From Deltaproteobacteria bacterium (GTDB taxonomy: Bacteria; Desulfobacterota; Syntrophia; Syntrophales; UBA2210), in assembly GCA_016933215.1 (NCBI GenBank), contig JAFGBH010000008.1, forward strand, positions 52,854 through 116,853: a stretch of 64,000 bases of DNA, in the 5' to 3' direction. Made by a program: the position numbers and the translations under genes. This document shows, piece after piece, positions 36,751-46,295 of the stretch (within the stretch, counting starts at the first letter, position 1; the number at the start of each line of letters is the position of its first letter). The notes beneath the pieces are model-generated. The model was not told the origin of the DNA. It ran no database searches and saw only the letters and a list, made by a program, of their open reading frames with translations.

Positions 36751-37805
36751 GAAACCTCAACTTTTAGCTCATTAGACATGATTTCTCTCAGAATCTCCAA
36801 CGCCCTGTCGATATCGTCGGCACCGATCCCGCAGTGGGTCACCACCCGGAATCTGGACGGCCCGAGGCTGAGGAATTTCAGTCCTTTCTCATCCGCGCTC
36901 GCGAGAACATCCTCGTCCGACATTCTATCACCGGTCAGATCGAAAAAGACGATGTTTGTTTTTACATATTCCAGATCCACGGAAAATCCCGGAATTCCGG
37001 CAACCCCCTCGGCGAAACGGCGCGCATTTCGATGGTCTTCCTCAAGACGTTTCGTCATATCGTCAAGTGCCACGATACCGGCCGCCGCAATGATTCCGGT
37101 CTGGCGCATCCCGCCGCCCAGGATCTTGCGGATTCTCCGTGCCTCGGCTACAAATTCCTTTGAACCGCAGAGAACGGATCCGATGGGTGCCGAGAGTCCC
37201 TTCGAGAGGCAGAAGCTCACCGAATCGACACCACGGGTCAATTCTGCTGCCTCTACACCCAGCGTAACGGCGGCATTAAATATCCGTGCTCCGTCGAGAT
37301 GTACCTTCAGGCCGTAGTTCTTTGCCAGTTTTACCACCGAACCAGTATATTCCACCGTCAGCGGAATGCCGTTACAGCGGTTGTGGGTATTTTCGATGCA
37401 TATCAGGCGTGTCCGGGGAAAGTGTATATCATCGCCCCGTATAGCCCCTTCGATGTCCTCAATGAGCATCGTGCCGTCTGACTGGTTCGGGACCAGGTGC
37501 GGAAAAATTCCGCCCAGTGCCGACATCCCCCCCGCTTCATAGTGAAAGATATGGGCCTCGCTGCCGAGGATTACCTCGTCGCCGCGGCTGCAGTGAACGA
37601 GTAATGACGCAAGATTTCCCATGGTGCCGCTTGAAACCAGAAGCGCCGCCTCTTTCCCCATCAAACGGGCAGCCATTTCCTCAAGACGAATTGTCGAGGG
37701 ATCTTCGCCATAGACATCGTCTCCTAATGCCACATTATATATTGCATCACGCATCGCCTCGGTCGGCTGCGTGACTGTATCGCTTCTCAAATCAATAATC
37801 GCCAT
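36747..37805 (-). CDS. ltaE: low-specificity L-threonine aldolase
   Basis: 'IDLRSDTVTQPT', 'ALGDDVYGEDPS' and the 'SFCLSKGL' PLP-lysine region. Confidence 0.85.
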   Translation of the reverse strand: MAIIDLRSDTVTQPTEAMRDAIYNVALGDDVYGEDPSTIRLEEMAARLMGKEAALLVSSGTMGNLASLLVHCSRGDEVILGSEAHIFHYEAGGMSALGGIFPHLVPNQSDGTMLIEDIEGAIRGDDIHFPRTRLICIENTHNRCNGIPLTVEYTGSVVKLAKNYGLKVHLDGARIFNAAVTLGVEAAELTRGVDSVSFCLSKGLSAPIGSVLCGSKEFVAEARRIRKILGGGMRQTGIIAAAGIVALDDMTKRLEEDHRNARRFAEGVAGIPGFSVDLEYVKTNIVFFDLTGDRMSDEDVLASADEKGLKFLSLGPSRFRVVTHCGIGADDIDRALEILREIMSNELKVEVS

Positions 37806-37978
37806 ACATCTGTCTCCCGTAAAAATGACTTGTCGTGCACTGTCATGCCCGAAAGTCCTTCTTTTGTCAATGATCTTGTTCTTCAGGCGATCAAAGGCAG
37901 GGGCACGAAAGTTTGACTGGAAAGGAAGAAAAAGAAAGGGTATGAAAACTGGTCAGATATAAAGAGGGAGGACATGCC

Positions 37979-38398
37979 ATGAAATCATACCGGGAAGAGC
38001 TCTGGTTTCACGTTCCCACGAGGAGGGCATTCATCAACATTACGCCGCAGGTGGAAGAATGCCTGAGAAAAAGCGGCATAGAGGAAGGACTGGCCCTCGT
38101 GAACGCGATGCATATTACCGCCTCGGTCTTTATCAACGACGACGAATCCGGTCTTCACGAGGATTATGACCGGTGGCTTGAAGAACTTGCACCCCATGAA
38201 CCGGTTTCACGCTACCGGCACAACAGAACCGGTGAGGACAATGGGGACGCTCATCTGAAGCGACAGGTCATGGGTCGAGAAGTTGTGGTCGCCATCACGC
38301 AGGGGAGACTCGATTTCGGTCCCTGGGAACAGATATTTTACGGTGAATTTGACGGAAGAAGGAGAAAACGGATCCTCGTCAAGATTATCGGCGAATAA
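37979..38398 (+). CDS. yjbQ: YjbQ/UPF0047 family protein (secondary thiamine-phosphate synthase type)
   Basis: '[19 protein letters not shown]' and 'NGDAHLK' conserved motifs; 139 aa. Confidence 0.8.
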   Translation: MKSYREELWFHVPTRRAFINITPQVEECLRKSGIEEGLALVNAMHITASVFINDDESGLHEDYDRWLEELAPHEPVSRYRHNRTGEDNGDAHLKRQVMGREVVVAITQGRLDFGPWEQIFYGEFDGRRRKRILVKIIGE

Positions 38399-38426
38399 CG
38401 ATCCAGTTTCGTGACTGGGTATCCAC

Positions 38427-39524
38427 TTAGAGGATTGATCGCTTGCCGTTGTAGCGCTCGGTATCGTAAAACTTCTCTATATCCACAAGCCTCAGTTTAT
38501 CAACGGCCTTCGCGAGGGGAACCGAAGTGATTTCGCCGTGTGTAAGGCTCACCATTCGGCCAAAATCGCCGTTCAATATCATATCGACGGCCGCAATACC
38601 GAATCTTCGCGCCATGAGACGGTCACGGGCAGAGGGAACCCCACCGCGCTGGAGGTGGCTCAAAATAACGTACCGCGCCTCAAAGCCGGTCCTCTTCGCA
38701 ATCTCATCAGCAATGTGAGCAGCAATTCCTCCCAGGGATGTGTGTCCAAAGTCATCGACCTTTTTGTCTTTAACGAACTCCTGCAACCCCTCCTGCTTCG
38801 CACCCTCGGACACCACGATAATACTGTATTGGATCTCCCTGCCTCCCCTCTCCTGAAGGAGTTCACAAACCCTTTCGATACTGAAAGGATGTTCGGGTAT
38901 CAGAATAATATAAGCGCCGCTCGATTCTCCCCCATAGAGGGAAAGCCAGCCCGCATGGCGTCCCATGGTCTCCACTACAAAGATCCGACCGTGAGAACCG
39001 GCCGTCGTCCGCAACCGGTCTATTTCTTCGGTGATGATATTTACTGCCGAGTCAAATCCGAGTGAATAGTCGGTACCGAGGAGATCACCATCGATGGTTT
39101 TCGGAATTCCCACCGTTTTGATTCCGCATTTGTAGAGATTGTTTGCAACGCCGAGGGTGTCCTCACCACCGATGGCCACGACCACATCGATTCCAAGTTT
39201 TTCTATATTCTGAATCAATTTCCTGGAGCGATCATTTTTCGGGTTGAAGGGATTCGTCCTTGATGTACCCAGATTTGTTCCCCCGTAACGATCCCATGCC
39301 CTGACTGTCTCCTCATCAAGATGCCGCAGGTTTCTGGCACAGCTCTCAGGGTCATCGGGATCAACCTCCGTCAGTCCCTTCCAGCCTTGAAGAACACCGA
39401 TAATCTCAAAATCCGATGAGCGTTTTTTCGCAAGGTAGGGATCCAGGGCCGTTTTCGTAACCCACTTTACCGCCCCGTTCAGACCGGGGCAGTCACCACC
39501 TCCCGTTAAAATTGCTATTTTCAT
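38427..39524 (-). CDS. pfkA: 6-phosphofructokinase (ATP- or PPi-dependent)
   Basis: 'IAILTGGGDCPGLN', 'GGEDTL', 'IPKTIDGD' and 'MGRHAGW'. Confidence 0.85.
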   Translation of the reverse strand: MKIAILTGGGDCPGLNGAVKWVTKTALDPYLAKKRSSDFEIIGVLQGWKGLTEVDPDDPESCARNLRHLDEETVRAWDRYGGTNLGTSRTNPFNPKNDRSRKLIQNIEKLGIDVVVAIGGEDTLGVANNLYKCGIKTVGIPKTIDGDLLGTDYSLGFDSAVNIITEEIDRLRTTAGSHGRIFVVETMGRHAGWLSLYGGESSGAYIILIPEHPFSIERVCELLQERGGREIQYSIIVVSEGAKQEGLQEFVKDKKVDDFGHTSLGGIAAHIADEIAKRTGFEARYVILSHLQRGGVPSARDRLMARRFGIAAVDMILNGDFGRMVSLTHGEITSVPLAKAVDKLRLVDIEKFYDTERYNGKRSIL

Positions 39525-39538
39525 CAGTACCTTCCTCT

Positions 39539-41212
39539 TTATTCGATGTGTCCCAGGCTCTCCTTTTCCAGATAGGTAAAATCTACATGTTCATAGCGGT
39601 AGGGAAGAGAACTTCGGATATTATCGGGTATCGATCCCCATTTTGTTTCAAATTCTTCGAGATAGCTGCGACGGCCCTTCAGGAAATCTTCCACCTTCAT
39701 CTTCAGCAATTCCTTGTCCTGAAACATGGGATAGGAGCACATAAGATCCATATTGGATCGGTCGCTCTTAATGGGATGATGGAATCCCAGATGATCCGGA
39801 TCGGAACCGAATCGAAGCTGCACCCTCAAAATATCGCTGTACGACGCCAGAGACTGCCGCAACGACACCTTCATTTCGTGCTCTCCCATTGTCCCCGTAT
39901 TTGCGAGGTAACACTTGATCCTGTTTCTCTTTACAATCTCATAAAAGAGCATGGCATGCTTCAGCCGGTCCCCCGCTATGAAAGGATCGAGGAAAAAGAC
40001 ACGCTTGAAGGTGCCCGCCTGCTCCGGATCGCCGCCACTACTTTCGATAGACTCACCGTAGATAAACTGCATCGTTGCCTGCTCCGGCGTGAGCTTCGAT
40101 ATGACATTGGCCAGGGGGTTTCTCGTCAATATAATTATGTAATCGATAATATCGGCCCGGAGGCTTTTGCTCGCAAGGCCGAGGTTTTCACGTCGTACGA
40201 TGGCCCGGCCGTTTCCTGTCTTGCTCGTATCCATGAAATCAGGGATATAGGGATACCGAGATATGGCAACATTTTCGAGGAAGGTGTCCGATGCCAGAGC
40301 AGCGCGGAGTATTTCAGGCTGACTCTCATCGAGACCTTCCGTTTTGATATAGACACCGCCCAATTCAAAGGCCGCATAGCTTCCGTCAAAACCGAGTGTT
40401 CCGCCGTCATCACCGATCATTTCAGATGTCTCTCTCGGCAGTTTCGCAAGTTTTCTGCAAAGGGTCGTTGTTTTTCCCGTAGCGGTGAGCCCCGAAACAC
40501 CAGTTGCCCTCTCCTGGAGCTCGGGTCGTTCCGATTCAAGGTCGTAAATCCAGAGATGATCCCTTCTCGCGCCGCTGTGCAAAAATATTCCCAGTTTGTC
40601 TATTTCCTTTACCCGCCAGCTCTCAAATTGAAAAACTCCTTTTTTTGCCTCACCGACATAGGTGCTGTTTCGGCAGATCTTGACCTGATCTCCTCTTTTC
40701 TCCCCCATCCAGAGACGGACCGCCACATCCTTTTCAAGGAGCTTCTTAAACTTATTGCGCTCAAATTCCTCATCCGTAAAAAAGATGATCGTATAGGTAG
40801 GCTTTTCCACGACTCTCGCCGCAGGTGTATCCTCAAACAAAAGCTTGACGCCGTAAGCTATCTGAGCATGCTGCTCGGGCATGATAAATCGGGCCGTGAC
40901 TCCATCCTTACCGTCACCGATAATCGTATCGATCGACACGATGCGCTCTTTACTCAGCATCTTCACAGCCTGCTCCGCGAGCGCCTCTTCATCTTCCCCG
41001 AAGGGATCATCGACGCTGTTTTTTGTATGCGGCGCCGAACGTGACATCGGCTCCGAATCAGCAGCAACGGAACCCAGATTTGTTTGAATAACGCCCTCCT
41101 GCTGCAGGGCAAGCGCCTTCAATTCATCAAGGGATTTGCACTCGATGAGTCTTTTCTCGTTCTTCGCACTGCAATAGATCGTTTCAGCCGCTTTTTTGAA
41201 ATAATTCTCCAT
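39539..41212 (-). CDS. phosphoenolpyruvate carboxykinase (ATP)-like protein
   Basis: The kinase-1a-like 'GLTATGKTTT' is followed by 'IGDDGG'. Length is 557 aa. Divergent from the canonical PckA. Confidence 0.55.
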   Translation of the reverse strand: MENYFKKAAETIYCSAKNEKRLIECKSLDELKALALQQEGVIQTNLGSVAADSEPMSRSAPHTKNSVDDPFGEDEEALAEQAVKMLSKERIVSIDTIIGDGKDGVTARFIMPEQHAQIAYGVKLLFEDTPAARVVEKPTYTIIFFTDEEFERNKFKKLLEKDVAVRLWMGEKRGDQVKICRNSTYVGEAKKGVFQFESWRVKEIDKLGIFLHSGARRDHLWIYDLESERPELQERATGVSGLTATGKTTTLCRKLAKLPRETSEMIGDDGGTLGFDGSYAAFELGGVYIKTEGLDESQPEILRAALASDTFLENVAISRYPYIPDFMDTSKTGNGRAIVRRENLGLASKSLRADIIDYIIILTRNPLANVISKLTPEQATMQFIYGESIESSGGDPEQAGTFKRVFFLDPFIAGDRLKHAMLFYEIVKRNRIKCYLANTGTMGEHEMKVSLRQSLASYSDILRVQLRFGSDPDHLGFHHPIKSDRSNMDLMCSYPMFQDKELLKMKVEDFLKGRRSYLEEFETKWGSIPDNIRSSLPYRYEHVDFTYLEKESLGHIE

Positions 41213-41353
41213 GAACCCTTAAAACCCCTTTTTACACAATAATATTTTATGGAAGTTTTGAACTATAAGGAAAGGGACAGTCCGTGTCAAGATAAAACAG
41301 GCCTAAGATACAGAAAAAAAACATTATTTATTCTCTTATCGCTCCGAAAATAT

Positions 41354-41881
41354 CTATTCGGTTGCTGTTTCGGGGTCGTGTTTTGCAAGGTAGTCTTTCA
41401 GGGCATCGACGGTGCTTGAAAAGGCAATATCGTCCCAGGGAATCTCTAAAGGTCTGAACAGATCGACGGCCAGTGCTTCATCGGCTGCCCGGGGAAGTCC
41501 TTCTTTTGCCTCGGCCTCATAGACGATTATTACCACGGAGGTTTCGGGATAGGAGTAGACACCCACCAGAGAACCTATTGCAACTTCAAGTCCCACCTCT
41601 TCCCGGGCCTCTCGGGCGGCAGCAGCGGGAACCGTTTCCCCCACATCCATGAATCCACCTGGTATGACCCACTTACCGACAGAGGGGGGTATTGCCCGTT
41701 TCAGCATAACGATTCTTCCGTCGATATCGATAATCGTACAGGCGGCTATCTTGGGGTCGATATAGAAGACATAGCTACACTCGGAGCATTGAAGGCGTTC
41801 CGGTTCTCCTTCTTTGACCCTTTTTTTCTCGAGTGCACCCCCGCAGAGGGGGCAAAAACGGTAGTTTTCATTTCGATGCAT
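41354..41881 (-). CDS. NUDIX hydrolase with N-terminal zinc ribbon (NudC-like architecture)
   Basis: 'CPLCGG...CSEC' plus the Nudix box 'GGFMDVGETVPAAAAREAREEVGL'. Start taken at M45 of ORF 41354..42013. Confidence 0.75.
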   Translation of the reverse strand: MHRNENYRFCPLCGGALEKKRVKEGEPERLQCSECSYVFYIDPKIAACTIIDIDGRIVMLKRAIPPSVGKWVIPGGFMDVGETVPAAAAREAREEVGLEVAIGSLVGVYSYPETSVVIIVYEAEAKEGLPRAADEALAVDLFRPLEIPWDDIAFSSTVDALKDYLAKHDPETATE

Positions 41882-42425
41882 GGGGAAGATATTCCATAAA
41901 AAACCGGTAAAAGGCAACAACCACGAGGGAATGCGTGATAGTCCCGTTACGTATAAAACCCTGTATCTCTTCGAGAGGATAGAGAACAACTTCAATATCC
42001 TCTCTCTCGTCAAGCTCCTGACGGCCCGATGGAACCACGTTTTTCGCGAGAAAGGTGTAGCAACGGTTGTTCTGTATCGCCGGATTGGGATGCACAGTAC
42101 CTAAGGGTATCATCTCCCCTTCCCTGTATCCCGTTTCTTCACGGAGCTCCCTCCCTGCGGCATCGAGCGGCGTGTCATCTGCCTCGACGAGCCCCCCGGG
42201 GATTTCCAGGGTGATATCACGAATGCCGTGACGGTACTGGCGAATCATCACCACCTTGTTATCCGGTGTCAGGGGTATCACATTGACCCAGGAGGATGAT
42301 TCGAGGATATAGAAATCATGCTCCTTTTGCGTTCTCGGAGAAAGGGCTCTGTCTGTTCGCAGACTGAACACGCGATAGGACTCGTCTCTCCTGCTTGATA
42401 GTATCTTCCAATGTTTCGGTGGCAT
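41868..42425 (-). CDS. NUDIX hydrolase (ADP-ribose pyrophosphatase-like)
   Basis: Nudix box 'GGLVEADDTPLDAAGRELREETGY'. Start taken at M21 (42425), because upstream residues translate the repeat element. Confidence 0.75.
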   Translation of the reverse strand: MPPKHWKILSSRRDESYRVFSLRTDRALSPRTQKEHDFYILESSSWVNVIPLTPDNKVVMIRQYRHGIRDITLEIPGGLVEADDTPLDAAGRELREETGYREGEMIPLGTVHPNPAIQNNRCYTFLAKNVVPSGRQELDEREDIEVVLYPLEEIQGFIRNGTITHSLVVVAFYRFFMEYLPHASK

Positions 42426-42483
42426 GGGCACCTCTATAGTGAAAAAGGGAGATAGGGTCAAGAAGAAAGCATCCCCTCTTGCC

Positions 42484-42698
42484 ATTGAAGCCCCCCCAAT
42501 CCCGTATAAACGGGATTAAGGAAAATGTTTATTTTATATTCTCGCTTCCCCACCGCGAGCAGGGGGGAATACGCTCACCGTTGAAGCTCCCCGCAACAAG
42601 TTGCGGGGAATCTCCGACTGTTAAGGAAAATTTTATTTTTATTCGCTCGCTAACCCCGCTGCAAGCAACGGGGAATGCGCTCGCTGTTCAGTTCAATT
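42484..42698 (+). repeat. two tandem copies of the dispersed modular hairpin repeat
   Basis: Copy 1 (42485..42581) carries the aatcccg-tataaa-cgggatt module. Copy 2 (42581..42697) carries the ccccgcaac-aa-gttgcgggg module. Both carry the ccccgc...gcgggg second module. Confidence 0.85.
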
Positions 42699-42769
42699 CA
42701 TTATTTTCCCCTGTGCTCACCTCAACTCCTGTGGTAATAAGAACCCAGATCAACTCTGAGGGATAAAAT

Positions 42770-43552
42770 ATGGAGATTTTGCCGCTTTCGAAAAATCACG
42801 AAAAGTGGATACGCAAACTGCATCAGAAAAAATACCGCGACGAGGAAGGGATTTTCATCGCCGAAGGCTTCAATTCCTTTGAGGCCGCAATGAGGACAAC
42901 TCGTCACGACGTAAAAGAGGTGGTGATAGAGAATTCCATTCCCGAGTCAGCCCTGAAGAATCTCCCCGACGGCCTCCCGGTCTATACCTGCTCGAAGAAG
43001 GTAATGGAAGCAATCTCTACCGAAGAAAATCCCCAGGGAATTGTGATCGTCTGTCATCAAAGGGATTTTCACTTTTCCGATCTCGAGAATGGTACACCCG
43101 GACAAACACTCCTCTATCTGGAAAACATTTCGGACCCCGGCAACCTTGGTACCATTCTTCGCACCGCGACATGGTTCGGCATCAGTGAAATCCTCCTCAG
43201 TCCCTCCTCAGTCGACCCCTTTAACACGAAGGTCATACGGGCCTCGGCAGGAACAATCTTCAGCCAGGAAATCTACCTTTCCGTAGACAGTGATGACCTT
43301 TTTCGACTCGCCGAAAAACACGATTACAATCTCATTGCCACCGTCCCTCGCGACGGTCTGCTAATAAGGAGATGGCAGGGTGCGGGGAAAAATATCATCC
43401 TTTTCGGGCCGGAGGTACAGGGACTCTCGAAAGAGCTTATTGAAAAGGCCCACCACCGTATTTCGATTCCCGGAAAGGGAGATGCGGAATCTCTAAATCT
43501 TGCCGCGGCAGCGGCCATCATTCTCTATGAAATCACTGCGAGAAAACCCTGA
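42770..43552 (+). CDS. TrmH/SpoU family RNA 2'-O-methyltransferase
   Basis: 'LENISDPGNLGTILRTA', 'LFGPEVQGLS' and 'IPGKGDAESLNLAAAAAI' are SpoU motifs 1-3. Confidence 0.85.
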   Translation: MEILPLSKNHEKWIRKLHQKKYRDEEGIFIAEGFNSFEAAMRTTRHDVKEVVIENSIPESALKNLPDGLPVYTCSKKVMEAISTEENPQGIVIVCHQRDFHFSDLENGTPGQTLLYLENISDPGNLGTILRTATWFGISEILLSPSSVDPFNTKVIRASAGTIFSQEIYLSVDSDDLFRLAEKHDYNLIATVPRDGLLIRRWQGAGKNIILFGPEVQGLSKELIEKAHHRISIPGKGDAESLNLAAAAAIILYEITARKP

Positions 43553-43587
43553 TCATCCCACAGAAAATAGTGGTGGCAACAAAACCT

Positions 43588-43616
43588 TTGCATGCCCAGT
43601 AAATAAATGTTAATAT
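43588..43616 (+). promoter_or_regulatory. sigma70-like promoter upstream of the marR-like gene
   Basis: TTGCAT, 17-nt spacer, TAATAT. The adjacent GTTAA..N18..GTTAAC could be a MarR operator. Confidence 0.45.
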
Positions 43617-43651
43617 GTGAACAATTAATACGTTAACAATGGCAGTGGCGC

Positions 43652-44113
43652 ATGGAAGACATCTCAACTTTTCTCTGTTTTCGTCTCGGTGCACTCTCGC
43701 GCAGGATATACCGGCATTATAACACGCTGTACTCCCGCTACGGCATTACGGTAACCCAATCATTCATACTCTTTGATCTCCTGTTACACAAATCGAGCAA
43801 CATGAAGGATATCGCCTCCCGGGTACAGCTTGACAGCCCGGCGATTACCGGCCTTGTGGACCGTCTTGCGAAGGAAAACCTGGTGGAACGAAAGGAAGAC
43901 CCGTCCGATCGACGGGGACTCCTTGTTGGACTCACAACGAAGGGCCGGAAATTAGCGAAGGAACTGGCACCTGTCGCCGAGGAGTTTAATACAAAGATGC
44001 ATGCGGTCCTCATCCCCGAAGATATTGCGGTCTTTGAACGGTCACTTGACCGGCTGGAAAAAGGCCTGAAAGAAAAAAATCCCGAACGACAGACGGAGGT
44101 TTTGCATGGATGA
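43652..44113 (+). CDS. MarR family transcriptional regulator
   Basis: Winged-HTH pattern 'ITVTQSFILFDLLLHKSSNMKDIASRVQLDSPAITGLVDRLAKENLVERKEDPSDRR'. Confidence 0.85.
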   Translation: MEDISTFLCFRLGALSRRIYRHYNTLYSRYGITVTQSFILFDLLLHKSSNMKDIASRVQLDSPAITGLVDRLAKENLVERKEDPSDRRGLLVGLTTKGRKLAKELAPVAEEFNTKMHAVLIPEDIAVFERSLDRLEKGLKEKNPERQTEVLHG

Positions 44114-45173
44114 TGTTTACAGGAAATTAAGAGAAAAGCTCGACATGTTTCCCATAGGATTTCCCGAAAGCGACGACGCCTATGAAATCCTTGAAACTCT
44201 TTACACCCTTGAAGAAGCGGAACTCGCTCTCAGGCTCCCCATGCTCAACAAATCCCTGAATGATTTAGCCGCGGAGCTTGATGAAGACTCGGAAGAACTG
44301 CGAAAAAAACTGGACAGTATGGCGGCAGGGGGAACGGTATTCGTTATGGAACGAGAGGGAACGCGTTACTACCGGTTGCTGCCATCGGTCGAGGGGTTCT
44401 CCGAAACCCCGTTCTGGCCCGGAAAGGAAACGGAAAAAACCAAGAAACTCGCCCCCCTCTGGAGAAGCTATTTCGATGATAAATTCGCGCGGGAATTGGG
44501 AGACAGATCTCAGACGATCATGAGAGTTATTCCCATACATTCCTCAATATCGAACGAATCGCAGGTGACACCGTACGAAGACCTAGTAGAACTGCTCAAA
44601 CAAAACAAATACTTTGCCGTTGCAAACTGTCCGTGCAGACTGTACGCAAAGGCCACGGGAGATGGATGTGACCATTCTCTCGAAGTCTGCTTCCACTTTG
44701 ACAGTATGGGAAGATACATGGTTGAACACGGTATGGGCAGAGAGCTGTCGAGAGATGAAACCCTCGCGATATTAAAGAAATGTAACGAAGAGGGACTCGT
44801 TCACACGACATACAACTCTGAGGGAAAGGTAGGTACCATCTGCAACTGCTGCTCATGCTGCTGCATATTTTTCAGGGCCCTCAAAGAGCACAATCTGCCG
44901 GGTGCCTTCGCCCGCTCGAATTACGTGAGCAGAGTCGATGTCGATCTCTGTTCCGCCTGTGAGACCTGCGCCGATCGGTGCCCCGTGGATGCAATAACCG
45001 TTAATGAATTTGCCGTTGTGGATAGCAACCGCTGTATCGGTTGCGGTGTCTGTTATCCCACCTGCCCGACGGCGGCCATAGAACTGGTGAGAAGGCCCGA
45101 CGACGAGATGACCTTGCTCCCCGACCGTCAGACCTGGGTCATGGACCTTCTGAAAGAGAAGGGTGTACTATAA
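44106..45173 (+). CDS. Cys-rich iron-sulfur protein with C-terminal 2x[4Fe-4S] ferredoxin domain (paralog 1)
   Basis: 'CPCRLYAKATGDGCDHSLEVC', 'CNCCSCCC', 'CSACETCADRCP' and 'CIGCGVCYPTCP'. Its start overlaps the marR stop. Confidence 0.7.
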   Translation: MDDVYRKLREKLDMFPIGFPESDDAYEILETLYTLEEAELALRLPMLNKSLNDLAAELDEDSEELRKKLDSMAAGGTVFVMEREGTRYYRLLPSVEGFSETPFWPGKETEKTKKLAPLWRSYFDDKFARELGDRSQTIMRVIPIHSSISNESQVTPYEDLVELLKQNKYFAVANCPCRLYAKATGDGCDHSLEVCFHFDSMGRYMVEHGMGRELSRDETLAILKKCNEEGLVHTTYNSEGKVGTICNCCSCCCIFFRALKEHNLPGAFARSNYVSRVDVDLCSACETCADRCPVDAITVNEFAVVDSNRCIGCGVCYPTCPTAAIELVRRPDDEMTLLPDRQTWVMDLLKEKGVL

Positions 45174-45193
45174 TTGATAAAAAAGGAGAAGCT

Positions 45194-46276
45194 ATGGACA
45201 GCTACGAAAAACTGAGAGAGATTCTCGACGCACATCCCTCAGGAGCACCGAAGTCAGAGGCCTTTGATGAGATACTCCGAACACTCTTTACTCCCGAAGA
45301 AATTGAGATCGCCATACATCTGAGATTCGCGTCGAAAAGCGCGGAGTCAATTGCCGAAGCTGCGGGCCTGCCCGTTGAAGAGACAACCGCAAGGCTCGAG
45401 GCAATGGCAGATAAAGTAGTCATCACAAGCAGGGAAAAAGAGGGCACAAAACTCTACTCTCTGGTGCCGACCATTCCCGGTCTTTTTGAGTTTCCCTTTA
45501 TGCAGGGAGGAGGAACGCCCATGCATAAAAAGCTGGGGAAACTCTGGGAAGAATATCACGCCGATGGCCTGGGAGAAGGCTTTGCGGGAAATCCAACGCC
45601 GTTGATGCGTGTCGTTCCCATTGAAAGCACAATTGAAGGTGGAACAAAAGTGCACCCCTACGAGGAGGCATCAAAACTTGTCGAACAGCAGAGCTATCTC
45701 GCCGTGACGGAATGTGCATGCAGGGTGAGTGTCGGTGCCTGCGATCGACCGAAGGATGTCTGCCTCGTCTTTGGAACACCGGCCAAATTTCTCGTCGAGA
45801 AAGACCGGGCCCGTGAAATCACAAAGGAAGAGGCCCATACAATCCTGAAGCGCGCCGACGAGGCCGGTCTCGTCCATACGAGCAATAACAGCATCGACAA
45901 AGCAAATCTCATCTGCAATTGCTGCCCCTGCTGCTGCACCGTACTTCGGGGAAGAACACAGCTCAATCACCCGCACGCCTTCCTGACCAGTTCCTACTAT
46001 GCCGAGGTAGCGGCCGATGAATGTTCGGGCTGTGAACTATGCATCGATGAGCGCTGCCCTGTGGAGGCAATCGAGATGGTCGATGATGTTGCCAGGGTCC
46101 TTGCTGAGAAATGCATAGGTTGCGGCCTCTGCGCAAGTGCCTGTCCTACCGAAGCCATAACCCTCATTAAGCGCTCCGAGGAACCGGAAATACCGGCGAC
46201 TGTCAAGGATATGGCCGTACAGATCCTCATGGAAAAGGGTAAACTGGAAGATTTCATGAAGTATATGAAAAGCTGA
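45194..46276 (+). CDS. Cys-rich iron-sulfur protein with C-terminal 2x[4Fe-4S] ferredoxin domain (paralog 2)
   Basis: ATG at 45194 with RBS AGGAG. 'CACRVSVGACDRPKDVC', 'CNCCPCCC', 'CSGCELCIDERCP' and 'CIGCGLCASACP'. Collinear with paralog 1. Confidence 0.7.
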   Translation: MDSYEKLREILDAHPSGAPKSEAFDEILRTLFTPEEIEIAIHLRFASKSAESIAEAAGLPVEETTARLEAMADKVVITSREKEGTKLYSLVPTIPGLFEFPFMQGGGTPMHKKLGKLWEEYHADGLGEGFAGNPTPLMRVVPIESTIEGGTKVHPYEEASKLVEQQSYLAVTECACRVSVGACDRPKDVCLVFGTPAKFLVEKDRAREITKEEAHTILKRADEAGLVHTSNNSIDKANLICNCCPCCCTVLRGRTQLNHPHAFLTSSYYAEVAADECSGCELCIDERCPVEAIEMVDDVARVLAEKCIGCGLCASACPTEAITLIKRSEEPEIPATVKDMAVQILMEKGKLEDFMKYMKS

Positions 46277-46295
46277 AGAAGCCGAAGGTGAAACT

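Noticed and set aside
39512-41044. Long antisense ORFs: 39512..41044 (+, 510 aa), 36400..37317 (+, 305 aa), 60963..61823 (+, 286 aa), 28157..28849 (-, 230 aa), 12708..13376 (-, 222 aa) and 50493..51155 (-, 220 aa).
   Set aside because: Each lies entirely opposite a gene with strong family motifs (the pckA-like gene, ltaE and its neighbour, the VWA gene, the substrate-binding protein gene, a permease gene and ABC genes). Their products are low-complexity or Arg/Ser/Pro-rich with no motifs. They are shadow ORFs.
42484-42698. The GC-hairpin repeats (for example ttgaagctccccgcaacaagttgcggggaatctccgac) superficially resemble CRISPR direct repeats.
   Set aside because: There is no regular repeat-spacer periodicity. 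At most two copies are adjacent, the copies differ in module content and orientation, and no cas genes are in the window. They fit dispersed REP/MITE-like elements better.
42479-42766. ORFs 42479..42766 (+) and 56523..56837 (+) share a conserved peptide (IRSLTPLQATGNALAVQF).
   Set aside because: The shared peptide is just the translation of the dispersed repeat element. Neither ORF has an RBS, and outside the repeat they are unrelated.
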